The notes beneath the pieces are model-generated. The model saw nothing but the letters and a program-made list of their open reading frames with translations. It was not told the DNA's origin and did not search any database. The translations under genes were made by a program, and so were the position numbers. From assembly GCA_031409275.1 (NCBI GenBank), contig JANNXA010000008.1, forward strand, positions 1-11,341: a stretch of DNA of 11,341 nucleotides. The letters are read 5' to 3'. Source of the stretch: Planctomycetota bacterium (GTDB lineage: Bacteria; Planctomycetota; B15-G4; SIAN01). Positions 7,349 through 11,341 of this stretch are shown piece by piece. The first letter of the stretch is position 1. The number at the start of each line of letters is the position of its first letter.

Positions 7349-10300
7349 GACGCGCCCCCCGGGAGGCGGATCTCGACGGTGACCGGGAAGACGTGGGCTT
7401 CGCCGGCGAGCGCGTAGCGGCGTGGCAGGACCTGCTCGAGGATGCGGCGGCGCTCCTGGTCGAGTTGCGCGCGGACTTCCTCGTAGTGGCGATGCCGGCG
7501 CGCGACCTCCTCCCCCTTCTCCTCGATCGAGCGATCGATCTCGTCGAGCTTTTCGACGCCCGAGAAGAGCAGCCCCTGCTGGCGCTCGGCCTTCAGTCGG
7601 GCGATCTCGCGCTCAAGCTTCTGGAGCGTCGTCTCGGCGATGAGGCTCGACACTTCGGCTTGCCGGCTCTGGTAGCGCTCCTGCTCCTGCTTGCGCGCGG
7701 CGGTCTGCTGAACCTCGAGCGTCGTGCGCAGCGTCGTGGTGAGTTCACGCGCGTAGGACTTGAGGTGCGTGCGCACGGCCGGCTCGACCTCGTCGAAGAG
7801 GAGACTTGCACGCTTCGTGTCGTCCGGGTCGCGGCGTGGCAGGCCGCCTCGCCAGGTGATCGCCGGCACGTGAGCCAGCGGTGCCTGCAAGTCGCAGCCA
7901 CGGATCGGGAGCGCGAGCGTCCGCACCCAGTGGTGGAACGACTCGCGCAGATCGTTGACCGCCAACTCCTCGACCGTCAGCAGCAGGAGCGCGTCGGCTC
8001 CGGCCGGCACGCCGCCACGGCGCACGGTCCAGCGCGAGACGGAGTCGCCCGTGCCCGGAAAGCGGCGGCGGGTCAACGCTGAGAGCGCCTTTTGCATCAT
8101 CGGATGCGAGAGGTGCATCAACAGGACGTCAGGACGCGGGCAGAAGACGGTCCGCTCGCCAACCTTCTGCAGGAAGGGATCCGGAGTGAAGGCGACGCGC
8201 GCGACGGGGCCGCGTTCGCCTCGACGAATCGGGCGGCGCAGGGATTCGTCGATGACGTCGATCCAGCCCGGCAGGTCGGGGTGAACGACCTTGCAAGTCT
8301 TCGCCTCGGCCGAGCAATCGAGTTGCGGCCGGCCCGCTCGGATCGCCATCGCCGTCTCGAGGGTGTCGCGCACGGCGACCGGGTCGAGGTCGGTCTCGGC
8401 AGCAAGTTGCTTCAGGTCGTCCTCGGCCTTCGATCCCTCCGTGAGCGTCCCGATCGTCGCGTCGGCCTCGATCGAAGAGCGGCCACGGACAGCGACGATG
8501 CGGAGATCGAGTTCCTTCTGCACCTCGGGGAGCGCCACGCCTTCGACGAGCCGGCGATGGGCCGCTTCGTCGAAGAGTTCGTTCACGGAGCCGAGGTCCT
8601 CGCGGATCTCGTCGGTCTTGCGCAAGACGTGGGCGAGGAACTTCAGATCCTGGTCATCGTCGCTCGCGAAGTGATGGATGGTCACGTCGCGCGGCTGGCC
8701 AAGGCGGTCGACGCGGCCATTGCGCTGCTCGAGCTTCGAGGGGTTCCACGGGCAGTCGAAGTGGAGCAGGTAGCGGGCAGTGCGCTGGAGGTTCAATCCT
8801 TCGGACGCAGCGTCGGTGGCGACCAGGACGCGAACGCGGGCCGACGAATCGTTGAAGGCGTTCTTGATCAGGTCGCGCTCGACCTCGTCCATGCCACCGA
8901 AGAGATTGAGGAAGCGTTCGGGCTCGGGGTGCTTCTCGCGAAGTCGGCGCGTGAGGTAGTCGAGCGTCGTCTTGTACTCGGTGAAGACGACGAGGCGCTC
9001 CTGGCGATCGTCGCCGAGCCACTTGCCTGGCTCACGGAGCCGTTCTTCGATGAGGCGGAGCAGCGCCTCGAAGCGCGCGTCGGATCTCGGATCCAGGGCG
9101 ACCACGTCGTTGCGCTTGGGATCGAAGCCAAGGCGCACGAGCGCGCCATCGAGGGCGGCGATCTCGGTGGTGAGTTCGCCGACCATGGTCTTGAGCCATG
9201 CGCCAACGACGGAGGAGGCAGTCGCCTCGCGCTGCTGCGCTTCGCGATCGTCGCCGGTCTCCTGCGCGACGGTTCGCGCCGCAGCCGCGACATCGCCGTC
9301 ACTTGCGAGCTCACCTTCGGCCAGGCCCTGCTTGGCGCGTCGCCACGACTCCGCGAAGGCGGTCGGGCAACTGAGCAGCCGCTTGCCGAGGATTTCGACC
9401 GTGAAGCTGCCGGAGCGGCGGCGGCCGTGATCGCCGCTCGCCACAATGGAGCGGACCTTGGCACGGAAGAGGTCGAAGGCGGTGGAGAGCGCCGCCTCAT
9501 CGGAAGAGCGCTGGAGCAGCAGCGCGCGCGGCGGCAGGCGAGTGCAGAACGGCGGCGGATTCGTGCGAGCGTTGATCTCGCGCTTGAGCCGGCGCAGGAC
9601 GATCTGCTGGACGCGCTCGCGCTCCTTCGGCTTGAGCTCGTCGGTCTGGCAGAAGCGGACCGGATCGAGGATCTCAAGGAGGCCGCTGAAGCAGCGCGTA
9701 TGGCCGTTGTGCGGCGTCGCGCTCAGGAAGAGGCGGTGCTCGAACTGCGGCGCGATCTGGCGGAGCATCTGGCAGAGATCGCTGTCGTCGCCGAACGCCG
9801 ACGGCATGAGGTTGTGGCACTCATCGACGATCAGCAGGTCCCACGGCAGGTTTGGCGAGGCGTCCGCTGAACCGTCCGGCGGTCGGCACGCCGAACGGAA
9901 CTGCTCGAGGACGTCGCTCTGCTTCAGGTAATGGTAGGAGGCGATGATCCGGCTGGACGCGCGCCACGGGTTGGCGTCCATCCCGAGGCGCTTGCGTAGC
10001 GCGTAAGTCTCGTCGCGATCGACGAGGTCGAACGGCAACGAGAACTTGTCCCGCATCTCGTCGCGCCACTGCAGGCGCAGTGACGCCGGCGTCAGGATCA
10101 GCACCCGCTGGATCCGGCGGCGAAGCAGCAGCTCGCTCAGGATCAGCCCGGCTTCGATCGTCTTGCCGAGGCCGACGTCATCCGCGAGCAGCAGGTTCAC
10201 CCGTGGCATCCGCAGCGCCTTCAGCAGCGGCACCAACTGGAAGTCGGCGACTTGGACCGCCCCATGAAAGGGGCTCGAGATCGGCGGTCGCGTCCAGGTC

Positions 10301-10614
10301 CCGGTTCCGCGCGGATCGAGCCACGGCGAGGTCGCCGTCCACCGCGCCGAGCGGGTGAGCGCGTCGAAGTCCTCCGTGGGCATCGGGTCGCTCGAGCGGA
10401 CCTGCGGTAGCTCGGTCGGCTCCTGAAGACCCGGCCGGACCTCAAGCTCCCAGAGGAGACGCTCCTCCTGCGGAAGATGGTCGTCCTTGTACTCGACGTG
10501 GACGAGGTGCATCCGACCCCCGTCGCCGTCGAACGGCTCGACGGCGGCGATCACGCCGCGCCGGTTGCGGACGGTGGCGAACATGCCGACGCGGGGCTGG
10601 GTCAACTGGCTCAT
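7345..10614 (-). CDS. drmD: SNF2-family (SF2) helicase/ATPase, DISARM DrmD-like, 1089 aa
   Basis: FQLVPLLKALRMPRVNLLLADDVGLGKTIEAG (Q motif and Walker A), LLIVDECH (9814-9825), LSATPHNG, VFTEYKTT, ATDAASEGLNLQ, PWNPSKLEQRNGRVDRLGQ, and a C-terminal coiled-coil-like region. The start is placed at ATG 10614 (MSQLTQPRVGMFATVRNRRG) because the 50 extra upstream codons look non-coding. It sits directly upstream of a large adenine MTase, as in class 1 DISARM. Confidence 0.9.
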   Translation of the reverse strand: MSQLTQPRVGMFATVRNRRGVIAAVEPFDGDGGRMHLVHVEYKDDHLPQEERLLWELEVRPGLQEPTELPQVRSSDPMPTEDFDALTRSARWTATSPWLDPRGTGTWTRPPISSPFHGAVQVADFQLVPLLKALRMPRVNLLLADDVGLGKTIEAGLILSELLLRRRIQRVLILTPASLRLQWRDEMRDKFSLPFDLVDRDETYALRKRLGMDANPWRASSRIIASYHYLKQSDVLEQFRSACRPPDGSADASPNLPWDLLIVDECHNLMPSAFGDDSDLCQMLRQIAPQFEHRLFLSATPHNGHTRCFSGLLEILDPVRFCQTDELKPKERERVQQIVLRRLKREINARTNPPPFCTRLPPRALLLQRSSDEAALSTAFDLFRAKVRSIVASGDHGRRRSGSFTVEILGKRLLSCPTAFAESWRRAKQGLAEGELASDGDVAAAARTVAQETGDDREAQQREATASSVVGAWLKTMVGELTTEIAALDGALVRLGFDPKRNDVVALDPRSDARFEALLRLIEERLREPGKWLGDDRQERLVVFTEYKTTLDYLTRRLREKHPEPERFLNLFGGMDEVERDLIKNAFNDSSARVRVLVATDAASEGLNLQRTARYLLHFDCPWNPSKLEQRNGRVDRLGQPRDVTIHHFASDDDQDLKFLAHVLRKTDEIREDLGSVNELFDEAAHRRLVEGVALPEVQKELDLRIVAVRGRSSIEADATIGTLTEGSKAEDDLKQLAAETDLDPVAVRDTLETAMAIRAGRPQLDCSAEAKTCKVVHPDLPGWIDVIDESLRRPIRRGERGPVARVAFTPDPFLQKVGERTVFCPRPDVLLMHLSHPMMQKALSALTRRRFPGTGDSVSRWTVRRGGVPAGADALLLLTVEELAVNDLRESFHHWVRTLALPIRGCDLQAPLAHVPAITWRGGLPRRDPDDTKRASLLFDEVEPAVRTHLKSYARELTTTLRTTLEVQQTAARKQEQERYQSRQAEVSSLIAETTLQKLEREIARLKAERQQGLLFSGVEKLDEIDRSIEEKGEEVARRHRHYEEVRAQLDQERRRILEQVLPRRYALAGEAHVFPVTVEIRLPGGAS

Positions 10615-10696
10615 GGTTACTGGTCGTGCCCGAGCGAGAGATCGATCTCCGATCTCGAGCAGTAAACCAGAGCCGGCTCCCCCCCGGAACGGACGA

Positions 10697-10725
10697 GCCG
10701 CCGTCCTGCACCCAGGACCGGCGGC
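10697..10725. repeat. GC-rich inverted repeat / stem-loop upstream of the helicase
   Basis: GCCGCC-GTCCTG [CACC] CAGGAC-C-GGCGGC forms a 12-bp stem with one bulge and a 4-nt loop. There is no adjacent poly-T tract; function unknown. Confidence 0.5.
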
Positions 10726-11062
10726 GATCCCCAGTGTCCCCGCACGTCGTTCAGACCCCGACAAGCCTGACGGACAGCGACGAACAGTCGCCGCGGATCG
10801 CGCCTCCTTGGAGGACCTCGAGTCGCGGGCGGCGCGGTCATTGCGGAGTCCTGGTGCACGGGCATTGCACGCTCCGGACTGTCTTGAGCCGGTCCAGGCT
10901 CGACCGACCTTCCCCCCGGCGGATCGCCGACGCTCACCTCGGGACGCGGCAGGGCAAGCGTACCCAATTCAAGAACAGCTTCCGCTAGAGCAGGCGGCAG
11001 CGTGGTCGCAGTCGAAACGCGGCGGCCCGTGCTCGTTCTCAACGCTCCCCGCCCCTTGTCGT

Positions 11063-11341
11063 CTGACCACCGTCCACAAGTCCCCCCGCTGGGCACGGCG
11101 CCCGGCGATCGGTAGATCCTGAGGGATGGAGATCGCTGGAGCAGCGTTGTGGCCGGCCGACGTGGCGTGGATCGAGGCCGCCGGGGCTTCTCCGGGGATG
11201 ACGCGCTCGGAGCTGGCGCGCCGACTCTGCGAGCGTCTGTCGTTGCGTGACGAGCGCGGTCGGTTGCGTGAGGTCGCGGTGCGGATCGACCTTGGGCGCC
11301 AGGCGGGAGCGGGTCGGCTGCGGCTGCCCGCGGTGGCGGCC
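11063..11341 (+). mobile_element. IS4-family (IS50/Tn5-like) insertion sequence, left end (partial)
   Basis: CTGACCACCGTCCACAAGT (11063-11081) matches the IS50 outside end CTGACTCTTATACACAAGT at 13/19 positions, including the terminal CTGAC and CACAAGT. A DUF4338-like ORF starts 45 nt further in. Confidence 0.65.
11126..11341 (+). CDS. DUF4338/DruA-like domain protein N-terminus, probably a DUF4338-fused IS4-family transposase (3'-partial)
   Basis: Not in the ORF track; translated by hand: MEIAGAALWPADVAWIEAAGASPGMTRSELARRLCERLSLRDERGRLREVAVRIDLGRQAGAGRLRLPAVAA..., open to the window edge. The (S/T)R..L.R.LCE.L..R...GRL.....R..L......G...LP pattern resembles the leader of DUF4338 proteins. 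Confidence 0.65.
   Translation, partial: MEIAGAALWPADVAWIEAAGASPGMTRSELARRLCERLSLRDERGRLREVAVRIDLGRQAGAGRLRLPAVAA

Noticed and set aside
8092..9870. 592-aa plus-strand ORF (also 5496..7118, 6880..8082, 4494..5303, 1772..2512)
   Set aside because: These lie antisense to well-supported helicase, MTase and RT genes, have no motifs, and are typical shadow ORFs of high-GC coding DNA.
10661..10689. Possible minus-strand sigma70 promoter TTCCGG-N17-TTTACT with an extended TG, and a G7 run (10679-10685) as a phase-variation tract
   Set aside because: The match to consensus is weak (the -10 lacks the conserved second A) and a 7-nt run is unremarkable at this GC content. It cannot be supported without TSS data.
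10615..10764. 50-aa N-terminal extension of the helicase given by the ORF track (start 10764)
   Set aside because: It is G/A/R/P-rich low-information sequence overlapping hairpins. ATG 10614 gives an N-terminus that looks like DrmD-type proteins.
10487..11122. ORFs 10487..11122 (+), 10617..11096 (-) and 10626..10988 (+) in the leader region
   Set aside because: They have no recognisable domains and Pro/Arg-rich composition, and two of them cross the predicted IS boundary at 11063.
1..11341. Composite transposon carrying the defence operon
   Set aside because: The two flanking elements belong to different families (IS630 and IS4) and one disrupts the cargo, so they look like independent insertions.

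Overview
GC-rich bacterial anti-phage defence locus caught between two insertion sequences. On the minus strand there is a tightly packed three-gene run. First comes an SNF2-type helicase resembling DISARM DrmD (10614->7345). It is coupled by a GTGA overlap to a very large N6-adenine DNA methyltransferase of the DrmMI/type IIG-like kind (7348->2451), which has a 1-nt frameshift near 7244 and a lower-GC target-recognition segment. Third, 27 nt downstream, is an Abi/UG-class reverse transcriptase (2423->129, YVDD) that looks like the DRT1/UG1-type RT-nitrilase family. The RT is cut off by an IS630-family element whose right end (1..139) supplies the stop codon, apparently just before the point where a nitrilase domain would be expected. 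At the right edge an IS4-family (IS50/Tn5-like end) element begins at 11063 and carries the start of a DUF4338/DruA-like ORF. The main point of interest is a defence RT nested inside a class 1 DISARM-like operon. All family assignments are from motifs recognised by eye, not from database searches.
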